NCBI GenBank assembly: GCA_964019335.1
Contig: OZ025688.1
Span: forward strand, 186,001-250,000
Direction: 5' to 3'
Source: Diplonema japonicum
Lineage: Eukaryota; Protista; Euglenozoa: Diplonemea
Length of the DNA: 64,000 nucleotides
Below are positions 10,033 to 21,195 of the stretch, one piece after another; the stretch's first letter is position 1; each line of letters begins with the position of its first letter. The notes under the pieces are model-generated. The model saw only the letters and a program-made list of their open reading frames with translations. It had not been told where the DNA came from and made no database searches. The position numbers and the translations under genes are program-made.

Positions 10033-12300
10033 ATGTCGGGTCTCCCCAAAGCAGGGGGAGAAGGTGTCGGTGAGTGGTTAGAAGGAGTGGCCAAAGAACT
10101 ACAGCAACAAAAAGCAGAGCAGGCAAGACGCAGAGCAAGCCAACAAAGAAGAGAAAACATGATAGGAGGGGGAGCGAGTACGTCTCCAGCACGAGTGGCT
10201 TCAGTTCCACCTATGTCGCCGTCTGCAAGCCCACAAAGGGGCAACACCAGCACCAGCACCACTGCATCGCCACCACAATTCAGGAGAAGAACACAACAAC
10301 GGGCAACCAGTCAAAGCCCGAGGGAATTCACCACCCTACGCTCGCATATAAGAGCCTTGGAAACAGAATGGACACAGGAAAAAGATCAAATACACGCGGA
10401 CAACCTTCTCCTTGCCGTTCAAAACCAAGAGCTTTCTTCACAAACAGAAAAACTGCAACAGAAAGAACAAGAGTCCGCTTCTGAAGAAACAAGGCTAATC
10501 GCCAACGAGCAAAGCCGCGGTGCCCTGGAATACCAATATGACTACGAGTACACCAGAGCCGTAAAAGACTGGTATGAAGAGTTCACAGATGCGTTCATGG
10601 TGTTCACACGGGCAAGGAACGACATTACAACACGGGAGGAGGTCGTAAACTCCGACTTCATGTCGAGGGTGATGCAAAAAACAAAAGATGACCACACCGT
10701 GCTTCAGGGCAAGATGGAGGAACTCGACAAAGAATTGTGGAAAATTTCCCAGGCCAGAGACGAGCTCCAAGCAGCAAACGAAGACAGAGAAGAGGAGATA
10801 TCAGGGTTGAGACAAACAAACGCAGTCTTGGAAAAACAAATCATACTCGAAGCGGAAACGCAGAAGCTTCAAAAGAGTAAATTAGAAGCCGTACAAGCGG
10901 AAAAGACAATGCTGCTGAACGACACGGTTTCAAAGAGAGAACACAGTGAGGAGCTCTCTAAAAAGAACGACATAATAGAGTCGTTGCGGGCCTCCGTTGC
11001 GTCGCTGCAGGGCGAGGTCCAAAAATCTCAAAAAGAAGCCGAGCGCGGCCAAAAAAAACTGGAGGAAGAGTGCGCGGCCAGAGAATCCTCCGAAGAGGCG
11101 TACAAAAAGCTACACAATACCTACATCAATGACATGCAAAAACTTGTCGAGACACAACAAGAGCAAACCAACCAATCGCAACAAATCGAAGCAGTTCATA
11201 CAGAAAACACCTCATTAAAACTGAAAATCTCTGAACTGGAAGATCTCCTGGCGTTGCAGGACGAAGACGCTGCAATATTACAGTCGAAGCTGAACAAGCA
11301 AACAGCCGATGCCGAGACCGAAACCGATTTCACACCGACCGACCCCGCAACAAGCCCAACCTCCCACGACATAGACAGAAGATCGCTTCTTTATGAAACT
11401 GCGTTACGAAGCCAGCGGGCTGCCATGGAGTGCCGGCAACATGAGATCGAAACCCACGAAAAAGACTCGACTTGCGAGCTTCGTTTCGCACCATCATCGC
11501 TCATGGCTGAAGGTCTATCTTTAGCCCTGCCTCAAGGATCGTCCACCTTACCTACAATCACAGTTGAGGTCGTGTCCCGAGACACTATCCAACAAGGGTT
11601 TCAAGGTGCCATACGCCTCGTGGCCTCCCCGTCTGAGACAGCTCTCATCGTGGTCCACGCTGTTGAGGGCGTTGCCGTGTTCAAAGATGTCAGTCTTCCC
11701 CGTGCGGTGAATGGAGAGAAATTGACGTTTTCCATGGGAGAGGGTGTATCCCTTTCAACAGGTGTTGTGTTCATGGATTCAGACGTGGAGGAGGAGGATG
11801 ATAGACGAGCCGCGCAGAGGCTGCTGAGATACAAGCTTAGCAAGCTCAAAAAGAAACACAGTTTAGGGAAAAAACAGCAAAATACTACTGCGCCTGTGTT
11901 GGTGGTTCCAGCTCGTCCGTCAACCCCCGTGGGGCAACAAAGCCCTGAAGGATCTGGAAACGGTGGTGTTGGAACGCCTGTCGGTGCCGCGATTCTTTCC
12001 AAACTCGACGAAAAGATGGCAGTTTTGAAGTCTCTCTCTAAAACATGCGACCCGTCCCTGCAACAGTTGTTCCAAGACCTCCTTGAGGAGCTTTCCACGA
12101 TTCGCTCGGAACTTGGTGCTCCTTCATTATCACCCTCGCCTTCGCCGAGACGCACATCTCCCGACTCCCCCGCCCCCGATGAATACCCCTCGATCGAAAC
12201 CATACGTGCCCTGCTCCAGGATGTAGAATCTCTTAAAACCGTGTTAAACCAGAAGCAGCCACCACATGAACGGAGTGTCACACCCCCGAACAGTGAGTGA
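10033..12300 (+). CDS. Coiled-coil protein
   Basis: ATG after poly-A at 10033; long E/K/Q heptad region; the upstream ORF extension is only homopolymer. Confidence 0.85.
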   Translation: MSGLPKAGGEGVGEWLEGVAKELQQQKAEQARRRASQQRRENMIGGGASTSPARVASVPPMSPSASPQRGNTSTSTTASPPQFRRRTQQRATSQSPREFTTLRSHIRALETEWTQEKDQIHADNLLLAVQNQELSSQTEKLQQKEQESASEETRLIANEQSRGALEYQYDYEYTRAVKDWYEEFTDAFMVFTRARNDITTREEVVNSDFMSRVMQKTKDDHTVLQGKMEELDKELWKISQARDELQAANEDREEEISGLRQTNAVLEKQIILEAETQKLQKSKLEAVQAEKTMLLNDTVSKREHSEELSKKNDIIESLRASVASLQGEVQKSQKEAERGQKKLEEECAARESSEEAYKKLHNTYINDMQKLVETQQEQTNQSQQIEAVHTENTSLKLKISELEDLLALQDEDAAILQSKLNKQTADAETETDFTPTDPATSPTSHDIDRRSLLYETALRSQRAAMECRQHEIETHEKDSTCELRFAPSSLMAEGLSLALPQGSSTLPTITVEVVSRDTIQQGFQGAIRLVASPSETALIVVHAVEGVAVFKDVSLPRAVNGEKLTFSMGEGVSLSTGVVFMDSDVEEEDDRRAAQRLLRYKLSKLKKKHSLGKKQQNTTAPVLVVPARPSTPVGQQSPEGSGNGGVGTPVGAAILSKLDEKMAVLKSLSKTCDPSLQQLFQDLLEELSTIRSELGAPSLSPSPSPRRTSPDSPAPDEYPSIETIRALLQDVESLKTVLNQKQPPHERSVTPPNSE

Positions 12301-12457
12301 TTTTTTTTTTTTTTTTTTTTTTTACCCCATGTTGTAATTTTGTTTCTTATTATCGGTTGAAAAGAGAAGAAACCAAACTCAGGGGGTTTTTTGGGGAGGG
12401 GGGAGGAGGGGGGGGTTCTAAGAGTTTAAAAAAGAAAAAAAAAAAGAGAAATCTCAA

Positions 12458-14146
12458 ATGGCCAACGTTGACGATGGGAGCCTGACGGCGACTGACGGGC
12501 TGAACATCTACGCAAGGGAATGGCGGGTGGAGGGTGGGTTTGGTGGTGCACCACCGGCTGCACAACCTCCAGCAGGAGATAACGATGCGAAGTATTGCGA
12601 CCGGTGTGGGGTGTGGTGCATGTTGCAGCAGGGGACAACGTGTCTGAACTGCCAGAACAGAATGGCGAAAGAAGCCCGGGTCATGCCTTCTCCTAAAAAG
12701 CAACCACCTCTTCCCGCTGATGAAGATGAACCGGTGAAGCAACCAGAAAAGACAAAGTGCAAATATTTCCAGTTCGGAAATTGCACCAAGGGTGAGTCGT
12801 GCCCCTTCTTGCACGAATTCACCTCCTCTCAACCCACCAACGTCCACATCCCCGAGCACTTGAAGACGAAGTACTATGAACAGATATCGCAGGCGTCACG
12901 TCCCACGGCTAAACAGCCTCCCGCCATGCAAGGTGCCCCATCTCCTCCCCAAACCGTCGCACCTGTTCAGCAGCAACGGCAACAGCAACAGCAACAGCAA
13001 CAGCAGCACGCGGTGTTGCAGAGCCATCCTAGACAGCAGCAGCATCACCATCACCACCACCACCACCATCACCATCACCACCATCACCACCACCACCAAA
13101 ATCAGTTCGGTGGTGGGATGCATCAACAACAACACCAGCATCAGCACCAGCACCAGCATCAACAACACCATCAACAGCACCACCAGCAGCAGCATCAACA
13201 TCAGCAGCAGCAACACCAGCACCAACAGCAGCAACAGCATGGTTGGGGCAGCCGGCCTGCTCACCCGCAGTACCCACCGCCACTTCAATCCCATCAACCG
13301 CAGCAGCAGCAGCAGCAGCAACAACCACAACAGCAGCAGCCACAACAGCACGGGTGGATAGACAACATGTGGAAACAGCCCTCGCCCCAGCCCCAGCCCC
13401 AGCCCCCGCAGCAACCACAACACCTACAGCAGCATCAGCAGCAGCAACACCAGCATCCTGTGCAGCAACACCCGTCGCAGCAGGCAGGCCCCCCGCCTGG
13501 CAGTCTTCTGCACAGCATTAACGCCGCTGCAGCAGCAGCAGCCGCTGCCACGAGCCCCCCCACAACCACAAGCGCCAACAACTTCTCTGCCATGGGCAGT
13601 ATCGGGTCTGGGTCTGGGGCAGGTCCCATGGGCCAGCTGCCTGGTATCATGGAGGGTGTCGAACCGACCTTCACGGCACAGCCACCCGGCCATCAGATGG
13701 AACCGCAGATGCTGTACAAGAACGAAAAGAAGGGTGGAGAGGACGCACCCGTAGTCGAGGCACCACGCGCACCGACTGCGGCGCAAGGTGGGTACAGGGA
13801 AAGGCCCCAGCGTACAAACGGGCAGCATGGACATGGACATGGACATGGGCCACCGCCGACGACGAAGCCACAGGGAGCGTGGGGGGAGCAGAAGGGTGAT
13901 GCGGAGGTGTGTTTAAGCAAGAATAAAACATGAAACAACCACTGCAGGGGGAGCAAGGCAAGATGACATATGCGTCTGTGTTGCGGAAGGGGATCAACAA
14001 CCCCGGGGCTAGCAGCAGCAGTAGTGCGGCCGCTGCAGAGGCAGAGAAGCCAACTCACGTCTCACAGTGGCTCGAGAAGTTGCGGTCACAACAAAAATCT
14101 GTCTCGACAAACCCTGGGGGCAGGCAGAAGCAGCAGCAGCAGCAGC

Positions 14147-14187
<41 letters not shown>

Positions 14188-14444
14188 CCCCCAACTGGAC
14201 AAGGGCTGGACATTGCTGATTGTATTAAGAAACAGAACCAACCAATTAGTGCTGAGGATCTTGAAAGGCAAGTGCGGAAAGGTATGAGAGGATAACAAAA
14301 AAAAAAAAAGAAAAAAAAAAAAAAAAAAAAGGAACAACCGTCCCTACTGCTACTAAACCCCCAACTGCATCTCAAAGAACAGACGGAGTTTTCTTTGACA
14401 ACAGTAGCGATAACCAGACCAATGTTTTGCTGAAGGGTGTGTGA
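12458..14444 (+). CDS. CCCH zinc-finger protein with polyQ/polyH tracts; 3 exons (introns 13907-13947 and 14282-14331)
   Basis: CKYFQFGNCTKGESCPFLH CCCH motif. Removing both GT-AG introns gives one continuous frame ending ..VLLKGV*. Confidence 0.85.
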
Positions 14445-15196
14445 CATTTTGAAAGCGAGAGAAATAAAATATACTTAAACAGACCTATCCGCGTACCTGG
14501 GTAACAGAAAATAATTTTAGAAAAAAAAAGAAAATGGAGGAGGGGGGAAAAAAAAAAGAGTTTGATTTTTCTTTGTTTTTTTTTTTCTTCCCCCCACCTT
14601 CTCCTTTTTCTTTCAAGGGGAAAAAAAAAAATAATGTAATTTACTAACGGTTTTTTTTTTTTTTTTTTGATCATATTTAGGAGATGAAAAAAAAAAAAAA
14701 AAAGATGTGGGGAAAAAAAAAAAAAAAAAAAGAGGGGAAATAAGATAAAAGTGAATTATGCGCATTTAGATGTTTTTTTTTTTCCTTCCTTTTTTTTTTT
14801 CTCTTTTTTATTAACGTGCGACGGTTTTCTTTTAGTTGTCAAAAAAAAAAAAGAATGCAGGCATGTCCGTGGTAAAAGTAACGACATTTATCTCAAAAGC
14901 CTGTCAGGCAAAGTCCAGGGCCGTTTTGGGCGGGATCTAGATTTATGTAGTTCGCTTTGTAGTTGTTGCACTCAAACAAAATAATAACTTGCCTTTTCAA
15001 TTTTTTTGTTAGACATGTCCCCTCTAAAAAAATTAAAAATAATACCCCCCTCCTGTCTTTAGTATTCCCTTGAGCCTCAAGAAAAAAAAAAAAAGAATAA
15101 CCCTTTTAAAAACTTTTCCCCCTATTCCCATGTTTACCCACTCCCCCCTCCCCTCCTCTCCCGGAAAAATGTGTTCTTTTTATATTTATTTCATCT

Positions 15197-15232
<36 letters not shown>

Positions 15233-15483
15233 ACCCCCTTTTTTTTCACCCTCCATTTTTTATTGCCCCCCACCCCCATTTCCCAATTGTCCTCCTTTTT
15301 TATTTTTTTTATCTTTTTTTCCCCCTTTCCCATTCTCTTTCCCTGCTTTTTTTTTTTTTTTTTTTTTTTATTTCCATCTCCCCATATCCCCCACTCATAC
15401 TTTTTTTTTTTTTTTTTAAACATTGTCTCAGCTCGGGGGGGGAAAAAAAAAGTGAGCGGGGTGAGAGGGGGAAGAAAAAAAAA

Positions 15484-16271
15484 ATGAGCATGTTGAGGAT
15501 AGTGAACAGCACCGTGCGAAGAAAAGTGGTGAAACAGAGAAGATGGTTGAAAGAGCCAGATGCAGAGGGAGAGGTTGGGGTACAATCGGGGGGACCTGGA
15601 TTCGGTGTGAAATTTGCAGAATCAGAAAGGCTACCTTTAACAAGACCAAAGGGTTACGACCAAGGAACACTGACAAGGGGGGTGATTGGGCATATTAATG
15701 AAGCAGAAATTGACTCAGAAAAGCTTGAAGACGGCGGCGAGCAGCTTATACATGGGAACATCAGAAGGTGGTTGCACGTGACACACCCTTCGCAAACCTG
15801 GACATGTTCTAAATGTTCCAACATCAATACCTACCTTTCTAAAGATTGCGAATCGTGTGAGACTCCGCACCCAAAGTACCTCCATAACGGACCGCAGCAC
15901 TGGGTGTGCGGTTCTTGTCTTTGCGCGAACCCTTTCAGCAAGAAGAAGGAAAAGCGGGGTAAAAAATACCCGGTTCATTGCAAAAACTGCGGCGATCACA
16001 AGAGCAAAGCCTTGACAGGTTTGCTTGCCAAAGAGGATTGGGTTTGCAAACCGTGCAAAATCGTTGTGAAGGGGGAAACATGCCCCGGGTGTGGCTTGGT
16101 ATAAGGGAGGGGAATAAAAAAAAGAAGAAAGAAAATAAAATTAATCCAGACAAAACTTGGCAAGAACGAATTTGAACCTCTCAGCAAAGAGAAGAACTGG
16201 CTGTGCTGCAACTGCGGGTGGTGGAACTTCAAAACAAATACAAAATGCGTCAAATGCAAGTATTGGAAGTG

Positions 16272-16272
<1 letters not shown>
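15484..16272 (+). CDS. Multi RanBP2-type zinc-finger protein, possibly mitochondrial; intron 16099-16149
   Basis: WTCSKC..N..C..C, WVCGSC, WVCKPC; the spliced last exon adds WLCCNCGWWN..CVKC. The N-terminus is Arg-rich and lacks acidic residues. Confidence 0.85.
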
Positions 16273-16303
<31 letters not shown>

Positions 16304-16411
16304 GGAATAACGATCAAATTAATTGTATACACATTTCCCATCACGAACAAAGAAACATGACAATCCACAGTCCCCCACCCACCCATACCCGGGAATCGGG
16401 AGAAAAAAAAA

Positions 16412-17776
16412 ATGTCAGGATGGCTTATATTTCAGGTGAAGCAGGGCCGAGACATTAAATGCAACTCAACAGAAGTTGAAGTGAGCTACTCATGGACGCC
16501 CAAGATATTCAACAAAAGGCCGGGGAGGGGAAACGTCCCGGAGTACGGCCTGAAACACATTCTACAGGTGAAGGACCCCAACGGCGAAGCAACAATAAAA
16601 GTGGAGGAAAAATCCATAGTCGGGGTGAATCTGGTGAAGGCGGCAACGGGAACGGCAACAATCGCCATCGAAAAAGGCGTGGGTGAAGAATGGGTGGAAC
16701 TCTCTCACGGCCAAGGCTCCGTTCTTGTAGAATGGAGATACACACATTTTGCCTACGCGTCGCTCTTCGCTGAAGTCGATGAAGATGAAACCCCACCACC
16801 ACCACAACCGTATTCCTTAGCCACACTACAAGCAGAGATAATGCGAGTTTCAAATCACGGTTATAACATGTTACTCCCTTACTGGTGGTTGTCTGACAGA
16901 TGGTTTTGGGTTGTCCCGCTAGAATCTGCAATGGTCATGACATTGGGATCACTCGCTTTTTATCACGATATGGCAAACGCGGCAATACCTGCAGCATTGT
17001 TGTGTATTATGCTTGTGAATTTTGTGAAGAAGTTTCGGGGTTTGGAGAAGCCGCCTCAAGCGGAGGCCTTGGGTTTCATCAAAACGCTCAACTGGTACAA
17101 CGATATTCTCCGTCTTACGCAGAATTCCCTCGCTTCAACATGTGACACCTTTGACGGGATGGCGGAGATGTTCACGTGGGAGAACCAAGACATGTCGCGG
17201 ACAATTTTGATCTCGTGTATCGCAGCCTTGCTAGCTTCCTGGTTTGGTTTTCTACGATGGACTTACATTTTCATGATTGTTTGGATCTACCTGTTCACGT
17301 ACTACCCCCTTGCTTCCATCGCACCGCAGATGTATAAATCGTTGCTTCCGTCGACGTGGGTGGCGTACTTGACTAAGGGGAAGGATGAAACGGGTGTGGT
17401 TGAGAGTGAAGGGTTAAGTGGTTCGGTGGTTGTTGGTGTATTGCCTATCGGTAAGATGACGATTCCCAGTCAGGAGAAGAAGGCTGACGGGAAGACGTAT
17501 TATGAGATTTGTCTGAGCTTGACAAACGGTGGTGTAGACAAATCGGTTTGGTACCGGTATTCTGATTTTGCGTTGCTTCGGGATAAACTGGGAAAGATTG
17601 ATCATACAATGGCTGTGAAGACGTTCCCTGGGAAAACCGCCTTTGCAGTGAAGGGTGAGGCGTTAAACGCACGGAGGAGGGACCTCGAAGCTTGGCTCGA
17701 CGCTGTGATAGCAAAATCGAAAACCTCACGCGGGGCTGCGTGGCGGAGAGATTTAAAGATTTTCCTCCTACCTTGA
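16412..17776 (+). CDS. Membrane protein with C2-like N-terminus, TM region and C-terminal PX domain
   Basis: PX motif VWYRYSDFALLRDKL..FPGK..RRRDLEAWL; central hydrophobic helices with FTWEN. Confidence 0.8.
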   Translation: MSGWLIFQVKQGRDIKCNSTEVEVSYSWTPKIFNKRPGRGNVPEYGLKHILQVKDPNGEATIKVEEKSIVGVNLVKAATGTATIAIEKGVGEEWVELSHGQGSVLVEWRYTHFAYASLFAEVDEDETPPPPQPYSLATLQAEIMRVSNHGYNMLLPYWWLSDRWFWVVPLESAMVMTLGSLAFYHDMANAAIPAALLCIMLVNFVKKFRGLEKPPQAEALGFIKTLNWYNDILRLTQNSLASTCDTFDGMAEMFTWENQDMSRTILISCIAALLASWFGFLRWTYIFMIVWIYLFTYYPLASIAPQMYKSLLPSTWVAYLTKGKDETGVVESEGLSGSVVVGVLPIGKMTIPSQEKKADGKTYYEICLSLTNGGVDKSVWYRYSDFALLRDKLGKIDHTMAVKTFPGKTAFAVKGEALNARRRDLEAWLDAVIAKSKTSRGAAWRRDLKIFLLP

Positions 17777-18123
17777 ATGTCGGGGGGGAGGGGGTGTGGA
17801 AACGTCTCGAAAAATTAAAAATTCCTCAGAAATATTTTTTTTCTTTGCTTTTTTATGTCTCGTGTAGAAAACATAATTTCGGAGTAAAGTAGTACATCAA
17901 AAAAAAAGTTTTTTTTTGACTCAGAATTCGATGGATGGTCCTCATTTGTTTGCCTTTAGTTTTTCCAGTGTGTTGCACCGTAAAGAAAAAAAAAGAAAGA
18001 AAAAAAATGAATGTGTATTCCATCTCCACGGATAATTCTTAGAATTTTGAGTTATTATTATTATTTTCTTTTTTTTTCGCTCCAGCGCTCGCGGGAGGGG
18101 GGAGGTCCTTCTCTATTTTTTTC

Positions 18124-18159
<36 letters not shown>

Positions 18160-18888
18160 TCCGTGCACGTACCAATACACCGTTTTTATTTTTTTCGAGT
18201 ACGAAATAAAGAACGGGCTTCTGGTCGCGAAGCTCCAGATACTTGTGACTTTTTTTATGTCCACATGTCCAGCAGCTTAGGCTATTAGGCTGCTTTATTT
18301 ACTTTCACTCTCTTACTGCCATCATTTTTTTTTCCCCCCGAAAAAAAAAAAAAAAAAAAAAAAAGAATGCTGCGTTCATCAGCGCGCACGGAATACAGTT
18401 TACCTCCACATTGTGCCCTTTATGGTACTTCCCCCCCCCCCCCCCCCCCCCCCTTCCTCCCTCTTACGTGTGCACGGGCACCAAACACTCAATCGCGAAG
18501 GGACATCAAGAGCAGACATAACGGGGGAAAGAGATGCATTCCTTTTTTTTTTGATCTCCCGTTGGTTGGCTTTCTACCGGTGTGATAATTGTATCTTCTT
18601 TTTTTTTTTTTTATATTTGATTTTGAGAAGAGAAGGACCAAATTCAGCAAGGGTCAAAGTGAGAAGAAGGGGTCGTGCACTTTCTTTTTCTTCTTCTTTT
18701 GCCCTCTACAATGGGTAAAACAGAGGGGTTGGTAGAATCAAAAGAATAGGGGTCTAATAACAACTAACGTAAAAAACCGACCCCCCCCAGTTTTTCTTTT
18801 TTTCCCCCTTTTTCTCTTTGCTTTATTTTGTTTCTTTTTTTTATATTCATTACACAAAAAAAGGAAAGGAGCAAAAAAAAAAAAAAGA

Positions 18889-20694
18889 ATGAGCGAGGCG
18901 CAAGACAATGAGGCCGAGGCGCTGAAACAACCTGTTGTTGGTCCAAGAGGCAGCAAGGAGGAGGTTGGGAAAAAGAGAAAAAACAAAGGAGAAAAAGCTT
19001 CGGAGGAAAAACGGCGGAAGAAAGAGGAGGAAACTGCGAGGAAAAAAAAAGAAGAGGAGAGAGAGCTGAAGTTGTACGGCGGCGAAGGACCGAGCTTCCA
19101 ACTGAAGCTCTTCGAGGAGAAAAAAATCCACATTTCGATCAGAGATGTACAAGGCTTGGTCCTATGGCTAGTCGGTGAAGGCGAAAGCCCAAGATGGGTC
19201 TTCGTGAAGAACAAAGCATTGTGTAAAAACGTAGTTGTAGTTGTGATGAACTCTCTATCGCTGCCAGTCTTCACGAAGTACGGAAAAGAATGCATGCCGT
19301 TTCTGACCGAAAAAGCAAATTTTTTTCAAGTTGCAACCCGGCTGGAAACACACGTAAAAAACGTAAAATGTAACTCCTTCATGGACGAGTTTTTCAACAA
19401 AGAGGTAAAAAAGGTCAAAAAGGAACCAACCCCTCACGACGGCGGTGTAGCAGCGACCATGAACCTTATAAACGGAACGGACTCCACCACCACTCAATCT
19501 TCATACCATAAAGACTCAGAAGAAATTACAATCCCGGATATCCCAATCACCACAGCAGTGGAGGGTGTAAAGGAGTACCACCCTTCAGTGGAGGATATGA
19601 TGGAACATGGATTTTGTGTGTCGACATTGGAAGAAGAAACTTTCATCGCGACGACCCCTTCTGAACGACCTTTGACCGACGATGAGAAAATTATTGTAAT
19701 CGACTGCGAGATGTGCCTCACCAAGGACGGCCATGAGCTCACCCGGCTCTCCGTTTTAAACTGGAAAGGTACCGTTCTTTACGACACGCTCGTGAAACCC
19801 GCTAATAAAATCGTGAATTACCTCACCGCGTACAGCGGCATCACGGCGGAGATGCTAATCGGTGTTACAACTACTTTGGCGGAGGTACAATCAACGCTTT
19901 TTGCAAAATACCTTTCAAAAGAGGTCACCATCATCGGCCACTCTCTCGAGAATGATCTTAAAGCCCTCAAAATCGTCCACCATAACGTGTGCGACACCAC
20001 CATGCTGTTCCCGCACTTTCAAGGACCCCCGTTGAAAAGCGCGTTAAAATATCTCTCCATAAAGTACCTGAACAGAGGGATACAAGGCTACAAGGGACGG
20101 GGTATTCCTGTCGAGTCAGATCGTGTTGGGCACGACCCAGTCGAAGATGCCACAGCCGCACTGGATTTGGTGAAATTGAAGCTTGAGAAAGGACGAAACT
20201 TCGGTGTCCCCTCAAAGCGGAGAACGGAACCAATGTTGAGAAAAGTAGAGGGGAAGTCAATCGTCCTTGACAGACCAGAATGTATAGGACGCGTCACTGC
20301 CAGGAATTGTTCAACCGATTTGATCCCAGTTGGAAGCGATATGGAAGCTGCAAAGAAAGCGAGAAAGCAAATCGCGTCAGGAAGGTATTCATTTACATTT
20401 GTGCACCTGCACCTCCTTGAGGAGTACATGGATGCCTTGGAATGGGCCGACCCTATGAGCTCTTCTGATGCCGACGAAGAGACACTCAAGAAAATCCTTA
20501 CCGAGACGGATGCCATCCTCCAGAGGTTGTATGAGGGAGCGCCCCTTCACACTGGTTTCATTGTGGCGTCTGGTCAGACCAACGGTGCCGAGGAAGTGGA
20601 GGGTGATAGCGATGATGCGTATCTCAGAAAATGGGACCTTGCCAGGCAAGGGCTGTGCTTCATGGGGTTCAAAGAAAAGTCTGAGGCAGAGTGA
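18889..20694 (+). CDS. DEDDh RNA exonuclease, REXO1/REXO5 (Rex1-like) family
   Basis: IDCEMC, ELTRLS, YLTAYSGIT, IGHSLENDLKALK and GHDPVEDA motifs. Confidence 0.93.
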   Translation: MSEAQDNEAEALKQPVVGPRGSKEEVGKKRKNKGEKASEEKRRKKEEETARKKKEEERELKLYGGEGPSFQLKLFEEKKIHISIRDVQGLVLWLVGEGESPRWVFVKNKALCKNVVVVVMNSLSLPVFTKYGKECMPFLTEKANFFQVATRLETHVKNVKCNSFMDEFFNKEVKKVKKEPTPHDGGVAATMNLINGTDSTTTQSSYHKDSEEITIPDIPITTAVEGVKEYHPSVEDMMEHGFCVSTLEEETFIATTPSERPLTDDEKIIVIDCEMCLTKDGHELTRLSVLNWKGTVLYDTLVKPANKIVNYLTAYSGITAEMLIGVTTTLAEVQSTLFAKYLSKEVTIIGHSLENDLKALKIVHHNVCDTTMLFPHFQGPPLKSALKYLSIKYLNRGIQGYKGRGIPVESDRVGHDPVEDATAALDLVKLKLEKGRNFGVPSKRRTEPMLRKVEGKSIVLDRPECIGRVTARNCSTDLIPVGSDMEAAKKARKQIASGRYSFTFVHLHLLEEYMDALEWADPMSSSDADEETLKKILTETDAILQRLYEGAPLHTGFIVASGQTNGAEEVEGDSDDAYLRKWDLARQGLCFMGFKEKSEAE

Positions 20695-21195
20695 ATTCCT
20701 CTCCCCATCCCCAGTGTTTCCCCCCCTTTTTTTTGTTTTTCGAGTCATAAAAAATATTTAAAAAAAAAAAAAAAAAGCGAGGGAGTAAAAAAAAACCCCC
20801 CCCTCACACGCACTCAATTGCTTTTTATGTCAGTTTGTCAAGAGTTTTTAATGGATGCGGGAGATTGAAACAAAAAAAAAAAAAAATGAAGAAAAAAAAA
20901 AATGTCCTCTAACCCACTGCCCGTGTTTTTGTTTTTATTTTTTCCCTGCGCAAAAAAAAAAAAAAAAAAAAAAACTCACCGACACACAGGAAAAGGGGGG
21001 TGCGATTTTTTGATTTTTTTACTCCATTGTTTTTCTTTTTTTATTTACCCCTTTCCTCGCTCCCTTTCCGTTTCTTTTTCCTCTCCCCTTTTCCACTACA
21101 CAACACTCCGGGAATATATTACAAATATTCTAATTTGAAATAAAAAAAAAAAAAGATATATATATAAAAAAAAAAAAAAAAAAAAAAAAATCGCA

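Noticed and set aside
12896-13423. Hydrophobic minus-strand ORFs
   Set aside because: Antisense of the CAG/CAC repeats.
18367-18718. Possible small spliced gene
   Set aside because: No consistent splice or motif found.
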